From: Piromyces finnis finn
Lineage: Eukaryota; Fungi; Neocallimastigomycota
NCBI GenBank assembly: GCA_002104945.1
Contig: MCFH01000063.1
Location: 62,001 to 126,000, forward strand
Direction of reading: 5' to 3'
DNA: 64,000 nucleotides
This document shows positions 49,383 through 60,826 of the stretch, piece after piece. The translations under genes and the position numbers were made by a program. Under the pieces are notes generated by a model. The model searched no databases. It was given only the letters and a program-made list of their open reading frames with translations, and had not been told where the DNA came from. Each line of letters opens with the position of its first letter. Position 1 is the first letter of the stretch.

Positions 49383-52300
49383 TGTAAAGTCGACACAAAA
49401 GAATAGATTAGGATATCTATTCTATTACAATAACACTAAAGATTTATATAAAATTGTTTTGTTAAAAAAATATCTTTTATTATAATAGAAATTATATTAA
49501 TAACAATTACATCGATAAAATGATGAAAAATATCTTCTATTTATATTTTTCCTAAATACATTTATATTATATTATAACTATTTATTTCTTCTATATTATT
49601 ATTTAAAATCTACACTAAAATCTTAATTATTAATAAATATTTAGACTATAACTATTTTTAGTAAAATACAATTGACAATTCAAATTAAGTACTATTCAAT
49701 TTGAATATGTGCCCATGTATTATTGATATATTAAACATTTAATAATTATATACTAGATGTCTATTTCTATTACAAAACAATACTAAAACTAGGGGTTTGA
49801 ATTGAGAATTTTAATTTATTTGTTAAACATTAAGAATAAACTAATAATTTATTTTGTTTTAAACTTTAATTATTAATAAATAAATTATGTCCCATTTTCT
49901 TTTTCTGTAATATAATTCGTGTAACTTAAACAATAATATTTATGGCTTAAGTTACATTAAAGATATCAATCTGTGGCGTTTGATATCTTTACAATCTCTC
50001 TCTCTAAGTCGAGCTCCTGCGAGATTACTTTATAAAGAATCCTTTCTCGAAGGAATTTCAATTACAAATGGTTGGTATCTATGCTTAATTAGATTACCAA
50101 CTTTATTCTTTCTTATTCTCATGGAGGAGTCATTCGACTTATGTTTTGACTTTTTAGAGTTTCTTTCGAACTCTTGTATTAATTGTTTGTCCGGGATCTG
50201 ATCTTCAGAAACCCAAGTGGATTTATCAAATCCTTTCCACGATAACTTATAAAATGTTTCACCATTAACAGATTTCATCTTCTCAATTTTTTCTGGAATT
50301 TTTTCAATTAAATCTGTGTTAAGATGAATATTTCTCTTCCTACTATTAGACCTATCTATAAACTCGTTTTCAAAGTATGGTTCTAACAATGAGACATGAA
50401 AGACTGGATGACATCTCATTGTCTTTGGGAGTTTCAATTTGAAAGCGAGAGAACTAACTTTTTCAATTATTTCAAATGGACCAAGCATTTGAGGTGCTAA
50501 TTTCTTCTTCAAGTTAGTTCCCGGAGAATCTTTCAATAACCATACCTTCTTTCCCACTTCAAATTCCGGGGGACTCATTCTTTTCATATCGGCATATTTC
50601 TTATATGTTTCTTTTGCTTTTTCTAAGCTTTCTTTTAATAATTTAAAGTTTTTATTCATATCAATTACTCTTTGTTCAGCTCTACTAGGTCTATCATTAG
50701 CCGGGACTTCCAAGCTGAACTTTGGATGAAAACCATAATTAGCAAAGAATGGGGATTGATTTATAGATTGCTGTAAAGTGTTATTATATGCAAATTCAGC
50801 AAATGGAATAAGATCAACCCAGTTATTCTGCTTCTTATTGATAAAACAACGGAAATATTGTTCTAATATGCCGTTCACCCTCTCCGTTTGACCATCTGTC
50901 TGCGGATGGTTAGCAGTTGACAATGAATGATTGATATTAAGAAGGTCACAAAGTCTTGACCAGAAATCAGAAGTAAATTGAGAGCCTCTATCAGAAATGA
51001 TGGAATCAGGAAGACCATGCAAACGGAAGACATTAGCAATAAAAGCATCGGCAGCAATTGAAGCAGTAGGAAGACAACGTAAAGGAATGGCGTGAGCAAA
51101 TTTAGTAAATCTATCGACAACAACCATAAGTGTAGTCATATCTCTGGACTTAGGAAGATCAACAATAAAGTCGATAGAGATATCAGACCAAGGCCTACTA
51201 GGAGTGTCTAAAGGGGATAACAATCCATAAGGCTTATGTCTAGGGACTTTGGATTTGCAACAAGTCACGCAAGATTTAATAAAGGATTTAACATCTGAAT
51301 GAAATCTTGGCCACCAAAAGTTTCTTGAAATAAGTTCGACCGTTTTCTTAATGCCGAAATGGCCAGCAGCAACAGAATCATGATGGAGTTCCAAAACTCT
51401 AGTCCTAAGAGATTTAGGAACATAAATAAGATTATTAAATAACAAAAATCCTTCATCATCAATAATAACTTTATCAATATTTTTAATAGGTGCATTACTT
51501 GTAGAACCATTCATTTTAAATTGGACAATGGAATTATATAAATCGTCATTTTTAAGTTCTGATAAAATAGAATCTATTAAAGGTTTGTTATCGTTATGAT
51601 GAAGTGAAATTGTAAGACAAGAAACATTAGAGTTAATATCATTCACTAAATGATCACTTCTACGAGACAGAATGTCAGGCTTACCAGATTTCTTCCCAGC
51701 TCTATAGATGAGTTTAAAGTCAAATCTGGATAAGAACAAATTCCATCTAATTTGTCTCTGAGATAACATATCAGGTTTTCTAGGAAATGTTAAGTTCTTG
51801 TGATCGGTATAAATTATGAACTGGTGGCATGCACCCTCTAAGTAATGACGCCATTCTTCAAGAGCAACTATAATGGCTAAAAGTTCTTTGTCATATATAG
51901 GATAGTTTCTTTGACAACTCGTCAAACTTTTAGAAAGAAATGCAATGGGATGTAATTTGCCGTCAAACTCTTGAGAGAGAATAGCACCGACAGCATAATT
52001 ACTAGCATCAGTTTCTACAATAAATTGTTTATTACTATCCGCATGTTTCAGAATAGGAGCTGACGTGAACAAAGTTTTTAATAAAATAAAAGCGTCCTGA
52101 TCTTCTTTCACCCAGTTAAAAGCAACATTTTTTCTAGTGAGCTTGTGAAGAGGGTTTGCAATTTTAGCAAAGTCTTTAATAAAAATTCTGTAATAGTTAC
52201 ATAGACCAATAAAAGACTGAACCTCTTTAACATTCTTGGGAACCGGCCAATCGAGAATTGCTTTAACTTTATTTTCATCCATTTGCAACCCATCTTTTGA

Positions 52301-54707
52301 AATGACATAACCAAGAAAAGTGGTTTTCTTAACATCAAACTCACATTTTTCTAATTTAACATAAAGATTATTTTCGAGTAGTTTCTTAAGTACCTTTTTA
52401 ACATGCTCGTGATGCTCTTCGATATTATTAGAATAAATAAGGATATCATCAATATATGAGATAACAAAATCATCTAAATAATCACTAAGAACATCGTTAA
52501 TAAAGTGTTGAAAGGTTGCAGGTGCATTCTTTAATCCAAAAGGCATAACCAGATATTCAAAATGACCATACCTAGTACGAAAAGCCGTTTTGTATTCATC
52601 ACCTTCTTTAATACGAACAAGATTATAAGCGGATTTAAGGTCTAGTTTGGTAAAAATCTTAGCATTTTTCACCCTATCCAAAAGGTCACTTATTAAAGGT
52701 AAAGGATATGAATTACGAATTGTAATATCATTCAACCTTCTATAATCAATACAAAGTCTTAAGGAACCGTCCTTCTTTTTAACAAACAAAATTGGGGCAC
52801 CAGCAGGAGACGATGATTTCCTAATGAAACCTTTATTTAAATTTTCATCTATATACTTTTTAAGTTCCTCTCTTTCAACTTCAGTTAATGGATACAATGG
52901 TCCATAAAATAAAGTTGAATCATCCTTAAGCTTGATTTCGCAATCATAAGGTCTATGAGGAGGTAACACTTCACAATTTTTTTCATTAAACACTTCACTA
53001 AATTCTAAATATTGGGTTGGTACGGAGACCAATTTATCTTTATTAATATCCTTTTCATTATTATTATTATTATTACTACATGATTCATTATTATTATTAC
53101 ATGTTTCATTAATTTTCGTTACAATACATTTAACCTTTTTATTAAAACTAATATATTCCTCATCGCTATCATCTTCATCATTAATGGTTCTAACAAGGCG
53201 GCCTTTAATATACTCCTTTTCTTCAGGGTTTTTTAAAGGGGCTGTAGAGACAGATTTTACTGTTTTAGTTAAACTTCGGTCAAGAACATCATGATCTAGC
53301 TGGCTTTTTTGAGACTTCTTTCTTTGCTTCCTTCTTCTTTTACCTTGGTTACAGTGTCTAGCACAATAACCGGAACTAAAAGCAATTTTCTTAGGATCAT
53401 AAAAAGCTTCAGGATTATGCTTTTTGATCCAAGGTAACCCAAGAATAACATCAACTCCAGGAACCTTTAAGCTATACAGCTGAATAACTTCATAATGGTT
53501 CCTATATCTTAGCATACATTTCTCCGACTTTTCCCAGACTCTGGAAATTCCATCATTGACTCCGGAAACACGGAATGGGTCAATATTCTCAAATTTAATG
53601 CCAAGATCCTCAGCAATATCCGGGTTAATAAAATTTAACTCGGAACCAGAATCAATCAACACCTTGATTTTTGCTTCGGGGACCTCGTTAGTACTTAAAT
53701 AAAAGTCAATAAAATTCAAATCATCTTTTTTGTCCATTACTCCTACTTTATAAATTTTCGGTTCAACAATCTTAGGAGTTTTTTCTTTAATTATTCTAAA
53801 AACCTTCTTGGGTTTTACTCTATTTGGACAATTAAATTTAAAATGTCCAGGTTTTTTACACAAAAAACAAACCCCCTTTCTCCTTTCTTCTTCAAACGTT
53901 CTTGGGCTCTCATCATAATTATTACTAGTTCCTTGAATATTTACATAACGTTTACGCTTCTTATCAGCACTAATTCTAAAAACGTCAACATCCATAGGAT
54001 CATTAGCCCTTCTATTATTAAAATAAAACTCACTCAAAGAATTCCTTTTCATCATATCTTCAACTAATATTGTTGAGGATATTAAATGTTCCATAGATGA
54101 CGGGTTTGTTTCGACAAACGCCAATTTCTCTCTAAGTAATGGATTTAAACCTTTCAGAAACATATAGATCTTAGCACTTTCGTTAAAGTTGGAATTTTGG
54201 CTAACTCGTTGAAACTCGGTGATATAATCAACTACTTGACCAAGTTTTCTTTGTCTAATGTTATCGAGTTTACCGTTTGCAACAACAGTGTCATATCGAT
54301 CACTACCGAAATTAGCTCTGAGGCGATCTATAAATTCATCATAATGGTTCAATACATTACTATTATTCCTCATAAGCGATGATGCCCATTCCAGGGGTCT
54401 ACCAGAGAAGTAGGAAATAACGAAATCAACCCGGACGCGATCTGTATTGTACAGTGCCGGTCGAGTTCGAAATACCAATTCTACTCTAGTTAAAAACCCA
54501 TCTAAATCTCTATGTCTACCAGTAAACAACGGAGGAGCATTGATAATGTTCCCTGGATTTACTGTAGAACCACCACCTCTTTCTTCCATTTCTTCTAAAT
54601 TTAAATTATCAAAAGTATTAATTAATTCCTCCAACTCTAATACAAAAACACATAAAATTAAAATTAAGTAAAATAACGAGGGTTTCTTACTATTATTTCA
54701 AGTAAGT

Positions 54708-54745
<38 letters not shown>

Positions 54746-55736
54746 TCTTCTAACAATAAGTTAATAAGTTATTACAGACTCTCTCTGTATAATTACAGTG
54801 TCGAACAAGTTATTAACTAATGTTAATTCCAAACTTCAGCCGTAGTAATAGTCCTTTTCAAATACGAATTATTCGGTGAAGCGTTCCGATTGATTAAAGT
54901 ATTCTTGTAGTCCGGTAGAATATCCCAAAGTTCTTGATAATCTTCCTTAGGTAGCCTTAGCAAAATATTCAAAAATTTCTTCTATTTCTTCAAGTAGAGT
55001 TTTCCAAAAAGTTCTTATATTTCTTCTAGTAGAATTCTTCTATTTGTCCTAGTAGAATCTTCCCAAAAGTTCTTCTATTTCTTCTTGATACCCTAACGTA
55101 TTCGTAACTATCTGTTTAGGTAATTGTTATTGTAAAGTCAGACACTAAACCGAATAGATTAGGATATCTAACCTATTACAATAACACAAAAATTTGAGAA
55201 ATAAAATAAAAAATTGTTTTATAAAATATCTTTTATTATAATAGAATTTTAATAATAACAATTACATCGATAAAATGATGAAAAATATCTTCTATTTATA
55301 TTTTTCCTAAATACATTTATATTATATTATAACTATTTATTTCTTATATATTATTATTTAAAATCTACACTAAAATCTTAATTATTAATAAATATTTAAA
55401 CTATAACTATTTTTAGTAAAATACAATTGGCAATTCAAATTAAGTACCATTTAATTTGAATATGTGCCCATGTATTATTGATATATTAATCATTTATTAT
55501 TTATCTATTTCTATAAAAAAACAATACTAAAACTAGGGATTTAAATTGAGAATATTAATTTACTTGTTAAACATTAAAAATAAATTAATAATTTATTTTG
55601 TTTTAAACTTTAATTATTAATAAATAAATTATGTCTCATTTTCTTTTTCTGAATATAATTTGTGTAACTTAAACAATAATACTTGTGGCTTAAGTTACAT
55701 TAAAGATATCAAACAGAGGCGTTTGATGTCTTTACA
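49383..55736 (-). mobile_element. Element D: Ty3/gypsy chromovirus with an intact gag-pol, diverged LTRs (49383-49993 and 55131-55736) and no matching TSD
   Basis: TGTAAAG...CTTTACA LTRs with many substitutions and indels between them. PPT GAGAGAGAGAT (minus strand). Flanks are CTATT and AATAG. Confidence 0.9.
50030..54634 (-). CDS. gag-pol: Element D single-ORF Gag-Pol with a degenerate chromodomain and a basic C-terminal extension
   Basis: DPMDVD, CFLCKKPGHFKFNC, LIDSGS, YIDD, ETDAS, HHCC/DDE and GPF motifs, then YKLSWKGFDKSTWVSEDQI. Confidence 0.95.
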   Translation of the reverse strand: MEELINTFDNLNLEEMEERGGGSTVNPGNIINAPPLFTGRHRDLDGFLTRVELVFRTRPALYNTDRVRVDFVISYFSGRPLEWASSLMRNNSNVLNHYDEFIDRLRANFGSDRYDTVVANGKLDNIRQRKLGQVVDYITEFQRVSQNSNFNESAKIYMFLKGLNPLLREKLAFVETNPSSMEHLISSTILVEDMMKRNSLSEFYFNNRRANDPMDVDVFRISADKKRKRYVNIQGTSNNYDESPRTFEEERRKGVCFLCKKPGHFKFNCPNRVKPKKVFRIIKEKTPKIVEPKIYKVGVMDKKDDLNFIDFYLSTNEVPEAKIKVLIDSGSELNFINPDIAEDLGIKFENIDPFRVSGVNDGISRVWEKSEKCMLRYRNHYEVIQLYSLKVPGVDVILGLPWIKKHNPEAFYDPKKIAFSSGYCARHCNQGKRRRKQRKKSQKSQLDHDVLDRSLTKTVKSVSTAPLKNPEEKEYIKGRLVRTINDEDDSDEEYISFNKKVKCIVTKINETCNNNNESCSNNNNNNEKDINKDKLVSVPTQYLEFSEVFNEKNCEVLPPHRPYDCEIKLKDDSTLFYGPLYPLTEVEREELKKYIDENLNKGFIRKSSSPAGAPILFVKKKDGSLRLCIDYRRLNDITIRNSYPLPLISDLLDRVKNAKIFTKLDLKSAYNLVRIKEGDEYKTAFRTRYGHFEYLVMPFGLKNAPATFQHFINDVLSDYLDDFVISYIDDILIYSNNIEEHHEHVKKVLKKLLENNLYVKLEKCEFDVKKTTFLGYVISKDGLQMDENKVKAILDWPVPKNVKEVQSFIGLCNYYRIFIKDFAKIANPLHKLTRKNVAFNWVKEDQDAFILLKTLFTSAPILKHADSNKQFIVETDASNYAVGAILSQEFDGKLHPIAFLSKSLTSCQRNYPIYDKELLAIIVALEEWRHYLEGACHQFIIYTDHKNLTFPRKPDMLSQRQIRWNLFLSRFDFKLIYRAGKKSGKPDILSRRSDHLVNDINSNVSCLTISLHHNDNKPLIDSILSELKNDDLYNSIVQFKMNGSTSNAPIKNIDKVIIDDEGFLLFNNLIYVPKSLRTRVLELHHDSVAAGHFGIKKTVELISRNFWWPRFHSDVKSFIKSCVTCCKSKVPRHKPYGLLSPLDTPSRPWSDISIDFIVDLPKSRDMTTLMVVVDRFTKFAHAIPLRCLPTASIAADAFIANVFRLHGLPDSIISDRGSQFTSDFWSRLCDLLNINHSLSTANHPQTDGQTERVNGILEQYFRCFINKKQNNWVDLIPFAEFAYNNTLQQSINQSPFFANYGFHPKFSLEVPANDRPSRAEQRVIDMNKNFKLLKESLEKAKETYKKYADMKRMSPPEFEVGKKVWLLKDSPGTNLKKKLAPQMLGPFEIIEKVSSLAFKLKLPKTMRCHPVFHVSLLEPYFENEFIDRSNSRKRNIHLNTDLIEKIPEKIEKMKSVNGETFYKLSWKGFDKSTWVSEDQIPDKQLIQEFERNSKKSKHKSNDSSMRIRKNKVGNLIKHRYQPFVIEIPSRKDSL

Positions 55737-55779
55737 AATAGAAACGACGATTTGAAGGAACCAGATATAAAAGGGGCAA

Positions 55780-56377
55780 TGTAAGAAATAATAATTATTT
55801 CAATCTAAATAATTAATATTTCTTATTAGTTTAATAATTTATTTATTTATTTAGTTACATAATATTTTATACACTTAATTTATTTATTTAATTTATTTAG
55901 TTAAATAATATTTTATGCACTTAATTTATTTATTTAATTTATTTAGTTAAATAATATTTTATGCACTTAATTTACTTATTTAATTTATTTAGTTAAATAA
56001 TATTTTATGCACTTAATTTATTTATTTAATTTATTTAGTTAAATAATATTTTATACATTTGATTTTTAAATAATATTTATATATAAGAAAAATTAATTAT
56101 AATAAATAACAAATAATTCTATTTTAATAAAAAAACATATTATTAAAACATAATTTTAATACATCTCACTCTTATCCTCCTTCCCATTTGTGTTTTTGTT
56201 GTTTATTATAAATCCTTATAATAAACTCGCTAAGTTCTAATCTTAATTCTATATTTAATTTTTCTTTATTTTTTTCTTTCTATATACATATAATTTAATA
56301 TTAAATTTTAATATTGAGTTATCAATAAGTAATTATATTGTACTATTTATTATATACATTACAATATAATTACTACA
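55780..56377 (+). mobile_element. LTR G1: a 3' LTR preceded by a PPT, containing a 46-bp tandem repeat
   Basis: AAAAGGGGCAA followed by TGTAAGAAATA...AATTACTACA. About 4.5 copies of GCACTTAATTTATTTATTTAATTTATTTAGTTAAATAATATTTTAT at ~55845-56056. Shares blocks with LTR G2. Confidence 0.7.
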
Positions 56378-56520
56378 AACGAATGATACGTTATAAAATA
56401 AAATATCATAATATTATTATTTATTTTGAGGTTGTGGTAATAAGGAATATTGCTGAAATAATATATTCCAGCTATTAATAATTATGTGATATAGTTATTA
56501 TGTATTTATTTACTTATTTA

Positions 56521-56556
<36 letters not shown>

Positions 56557-56961
56557 AACAAAATAAGCCTTTTATTATTATTAAATATTTATCTTTATTA
56601 AAATATATTATAATTAGTATTTTTACATTTATTTATTATTAATAATACATATTTAAAATAACTATATTTCCTATATAAATATACTACTTATTCACTATTA
56701 ATATTACTAAACTACTACTAAATTTCTCATTTTATTATATCTTATTATCTTTGGAACTTAATTACAAAATCAAGAACATCATTTTAATTATTTAATTATT
56801 AATTATATTTATATTAGTACATATTAAATATTTTTTTTTAATTAATTTCATATTAATTAATTTCATTATTAATTAAAGTTATTATTAATTTATTATTATC
56901 TTAACCCTTATATGAATTAACCTGGAATTTCTACCAAAAGTAGTATTTTCTGTTCGTCACG

Positions 56962-58351
56962 TATCACGATGTAAGAAATATTAATTATTCATAATTGAAT
57001 AATTATTATTTCTTATTATTTAATACAAATTTATTTAAATTATTATTTTCTATACATTCAACTATTACTAATAATTTATTAAATTATTTAATATTTCATT
57101 CATTTAGTTAATACTTATGATTTACTTAAAATATTAATTTTTTATACACTTATATAAAATATAAAATTTATTTACTTGCTATATTCTTATATATTTAATT
57201 AACTTTATAAATTTATTTAATTATTAATTTTTATGTACATTTAATTAATATAAATAATTTACTTACTTATTATTTATCTTATACATTTAATTTTGACTAA
57301 CTATATTCATTACACTTATTGTTTTAAATTATGTATTAATTATATTTTATGTATTGTATTAAGCACGGATAAAATAGGAATCGGAATTTTAAGGTTTTCC
57401 CGATTTCGCTTTAAAGAAGCATTCGGTTTTACTTAAAATTACACGAAGATCAATATGACTAGAATATTGATCGAAAATCATGTTTAGGTTTTTCTTCTAG
57501 TCTTTTCCTAAACATTTTATTTGTTAAGATTAGAACCCGTTTATTTAACCTTATTTTTTAATAAAATTATAAATAAAACACTCTTGAAATTCCTTAGAAA
57601 TTCAAGAGTTATTATTATAAAGGAATACGTTATAATAAATAACATAAATACATTTTTCTTTTTAATTAAATAAAATATCCTTCTAATAAATCAGTAATTT
57701 AAATAAAAAAACTTACGACCCATTTGACTCTTTGTGTTTGGTTGTTTATTATAAATCTTTATAATAAACTCGATAAGTTTTATTTTTACTTTCTATTTTC
57801 TATTCTAATTTGTTCAATACTTCTTATTTCCGCATAATAATACTACAATATTGTTCGTTAATATTATTGTAGATAGTAATTTCTGTAAACAATAATAAGA
57901 AATTACTACACACGAATACTAGAAATAACTAAATTGTCTTAGTGGTTAGTAGCTAAGACTTTGAGTCTGAATGACACTAGTTCGAGATCTCATAGATACT
58001 ATTTTAAAAAAAAAATTATAATTTTATTTTATTTTATTTTATTTTTAAATTTTATTTTATATGAAGATTATTGATTGGTTAAGAATTTTAAGTTGAAAAA
58101 ATTTTATAAATTAATTTAAAAAATTTTTAGTATAAATACGAGTGAATTTTCCCAAATATTTTAAAGAATCGAGATTTTATTAATAAATAATTATATTATT
58201 AAACACTAACTTATTAAGTTAAATTCTATGTGTTTTTAATGATATTTTTATAAATTAATAATTTACAGAATATTTTAAAGTGTTAATATTACTAAGTTAT
58301 TTAGTAAATATTATAATTTGTTTTTTATTGTTAAAGACACATTTCTTTACA
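56962..58351 (+). mobile_element. C-family LTR copy whose first bases are interrupted by G2; its main body is 57911-58351
   Basis: Near-identical to the C and I LTRs from ACGAATACTAG to TTTCTTTACA. It abuts the RT of element H. Confidence 0.85.
56970..57910 (+). mobile_element. LTR G2: solo LTR with a 5-bp TSD CACGA
   Basis: TGTAAGAAATA...AATTACTACA flanked by CACGA at 56965-56969 and 57911-57915. Confidence 0.88.
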
Positions 58352-59385
58352 TTCATAGGTATTTGATGATACCCTGAAAATAGATCTAATGCAGAGAATA
58401 TTTTCGCACCTTTTACTGAAGAGACAAGTTCATCTATAAATGGGAGTGCATAGGAATCTTTTATGGTAATGTTGTTTAGTTTCCTGTAATCTATGCACAT
58501 TCTCCATTTTCCATTCTTTTTCTTAACTAGTAGAACTGGAAATGACCATGGCGAGTGCGATGGCTCAATCAATCCTTTGTCTAATAAAGATATTATTTCC
58601 TTTTTTAATATATCTGAATGATCTTTCGAAAGTTTGTATGGCTTTAATTTTATAGGTTTGTTCGAAGTGGTGGTAATAGTATGTGGTTCCAATTTTGCGG
58701 TTGTTAATTGTGATAATGAAGTAGCCATACACTTTTGATTGTTTATGATAAGTTCTTTGAATTCTTTCCGTACTGGGTTAGGTACACTTTCAATTATTTC
58801 TTCTATGGTTTGTTGAAATTCTTTTTCTTCTTCTTTCGTTACTATAACCGAGTTTAATAGTGGTGTATTTTGTCTATTATTTATTATATTTGTTATCTTT
58901 ATTAAACCTTCTTCGCTCTTTTTATAGATTGCATCATCATCAGGGTCTATTAATAATCTATATTTCTTTTGAATTGTTCTTCCAATGATTATTTCATAAA
59001 AGGTATTATAATAATCAATAATATAAAAATTCTCTTTAATATTTAAATTATTATCTATACTTATTTTTAATGGTATATATTTATTCGTAAAGATTATAGT
59101 TCCATCCGCTAGTTTTATTGTTAATTCTTCTTCTGTACTACAGATGTTTATATTTTTAATTTTACTTAATCCTTCTTTTGTAATAATGTTTACATTAGCA
59201 CCAGTGTCAAATAATATTTTAAATGGTACGTTATTGATTTCCCCTATAATTATTGGAATATTAGTGTTGGTGATATTGCAAATAATTCTTTCTACTCTTG
59301 GTTTTAGTCCTATTTCTAATTCTTTTCTAATTGCTGGGCTGGCTGCTAATAATTGTGATAAACTTATTTTTGGAAATAGGTTATC
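58352..59385 (-). pseudogene. Element H: fragment of another Ty3/gypsy pol (protease and start of RT), frameshifted and cut at both ends by LTRs
   Basis: Minus strand reads [18 protein letters not shown]...[12 protein letters not shown] (protease). After a frameshift near 58755 it continues [30 protein letters not shown]...[10 protein letters not shown] (RT). Confidence 0.85.
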
Positions 59386-59495
59386 TGTAATGGCGACACA
59401 GAAAGAATAGATTAGGATATCTATTCTATTACAATAACACTAAATTTAAAATAAAAATAAAAAATTGTTTTATTAAAAATATCTTTTATTATAAT
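59386..59495 (-). mobile_element. D-family LTR end (U5) inserted in element H and itself interrupted by element I
   Basis: TGTAATGGCGACACAGAAAGAATAGATTAGGATATCTATTCTATTACAATAACAC matches 49383 onward. It is cut after ATAAT, which is the candidate TSD of element I. Confidence 0.85.
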
Positions 59496-59523
59496 TGTAA
59501 CGAATACTAGAAATAACTAAATT

Positions 59524-59577
59524 GTCTTAGTGGTTAGTAGCTAAGACTTTGAGTCTGAATGACACTAGTTCGAGACC
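59524..59577 (+). other. tRNA-Gln(UUG)-like segment with Pol III A- and B-box-like motifs in the U3 of C-family LTRs (also at 41613-41666 and 47695-47748 on the minus strand, and 57936-57989 on the plus strand)
   Basis: TAGTGGTTAG-TAGC-TAAGA-CTTTGAG-TCTGA-ATGAC-ACTAG-TTCGAGA. No acceptor stem and no 3' half of the T stem. Confidence 0.5.
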
Positions 59578-60826
59578 TCATAGATACTATTTTAAAAAAA
59601 TTATAATTTTATTTTATTTTATTTTATTTTTAAATTTTATTTTATATGAAGATTATTGATTGGTTAAGAATTTTAAGTTGAAAAAATTTTATAAATTAAT
59701 TTAAAAAAATTTTTAGTATAAATACGAGTGAATTTTCCCAAATATTTTAAAGAATCGAGATTTTATTAATAAATAATTATATTATTAAACACTAACTTAT
59801 TAAGTTAAATTCTATGTGTTTTTAATGATATTTTTATAAATTAATAATTTACAGAATATTTTAAAGTGTTAATATTACTAAGTTATTTAGTAAATATTAT
59901 AATTTGTTTTATTGTTAAAGACACATTTCTTTACAATAAAATCTCCTTATAATATAAAAGCTTAATACCTTAGTGTTTAAGAAATTGTTATAGATAAAAC
60001 TTTTAAGTTTTATTGTTGAAGCTTTTCTTTAAAGAAATATTTTTACTTAAAGTAGTAGAATTAGTACGCTTTAGAAGCGGTATATAATTCAAACTATAAA
60101 AAGTAAAAGATTAACGGGATCGAGTTTAACCTGTACAATAATTGGGTTGGCAGGCTCTGAGCTATTCTACTTTGAATAAGGAAGTAGGAGAATCCGAGGT
60201 ACACCACGTACAAGACGCTGTAATAAGCAAGCTGGCGTGAGATTTATAGTTGTATACTATCTTTTGCTGTTTGATTATAGACCGGAAAATAGCCGGAAAT
60301 GCCTTACTTTAATAAAATAATATTTCTTAATTAATACATTTTAAAATTAAGTTTTCTAATAAAACAATTTCTAATTTTTAATTATAATTATTAATTGTTA
60401 AGACAATTTATTAAAATTGTAATAATATAAAATAATATTCTTTATAACTCCTTTAGCGTGAGAAGTTAAACTCTTATACATAATACTTCTACGTTCGGAT
60501 AAGGTTGATATAGGGAAAGAAAACCTGTAATAATTTTTATTGCTAACAATAAGTTAGACACTAAAAAAAATTTTTACACCGTTCCTTTCTTTTATTAATT
60601 TAATTAATATTAACAATCGACTTTATACGTGTTATCGTGAAGAGCTACGAAGGACTTATTATAAAGAATAAAACAGGTTATATATTTGATGGTTTAACAC
60701 TATATAATCTGGTTTGTATTATTATTTAATAAAAAGATTTACTCAATTAATAAATATAATTAAATACTTTATTCTATTATTTTTACAAATTTATTAAAGC
60801 TTATTAAAGAAAACATCATAAGTACT

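Noticed and set aside
49378-55741. Flanks of D being reverse complements (CTATT/AATAG) as an inverted TSD
   Set aside because: No integration mechanism gives an inverted TSD, and a 5-nt match in AT-rich DNA is plausible by chance.
55845-56056. 46-bp repeats as a CRISPR array
   Set aside because: They are head-to-tail with no spacers, lie inside an LTR in a eukaryotic context, and no cas genes are present.
59524-59577. A functional tRNA gene
   Set aside because: There is no acceptor stem and no 3' half of the T stem. It is kept only as a tRNA-like LTR module.
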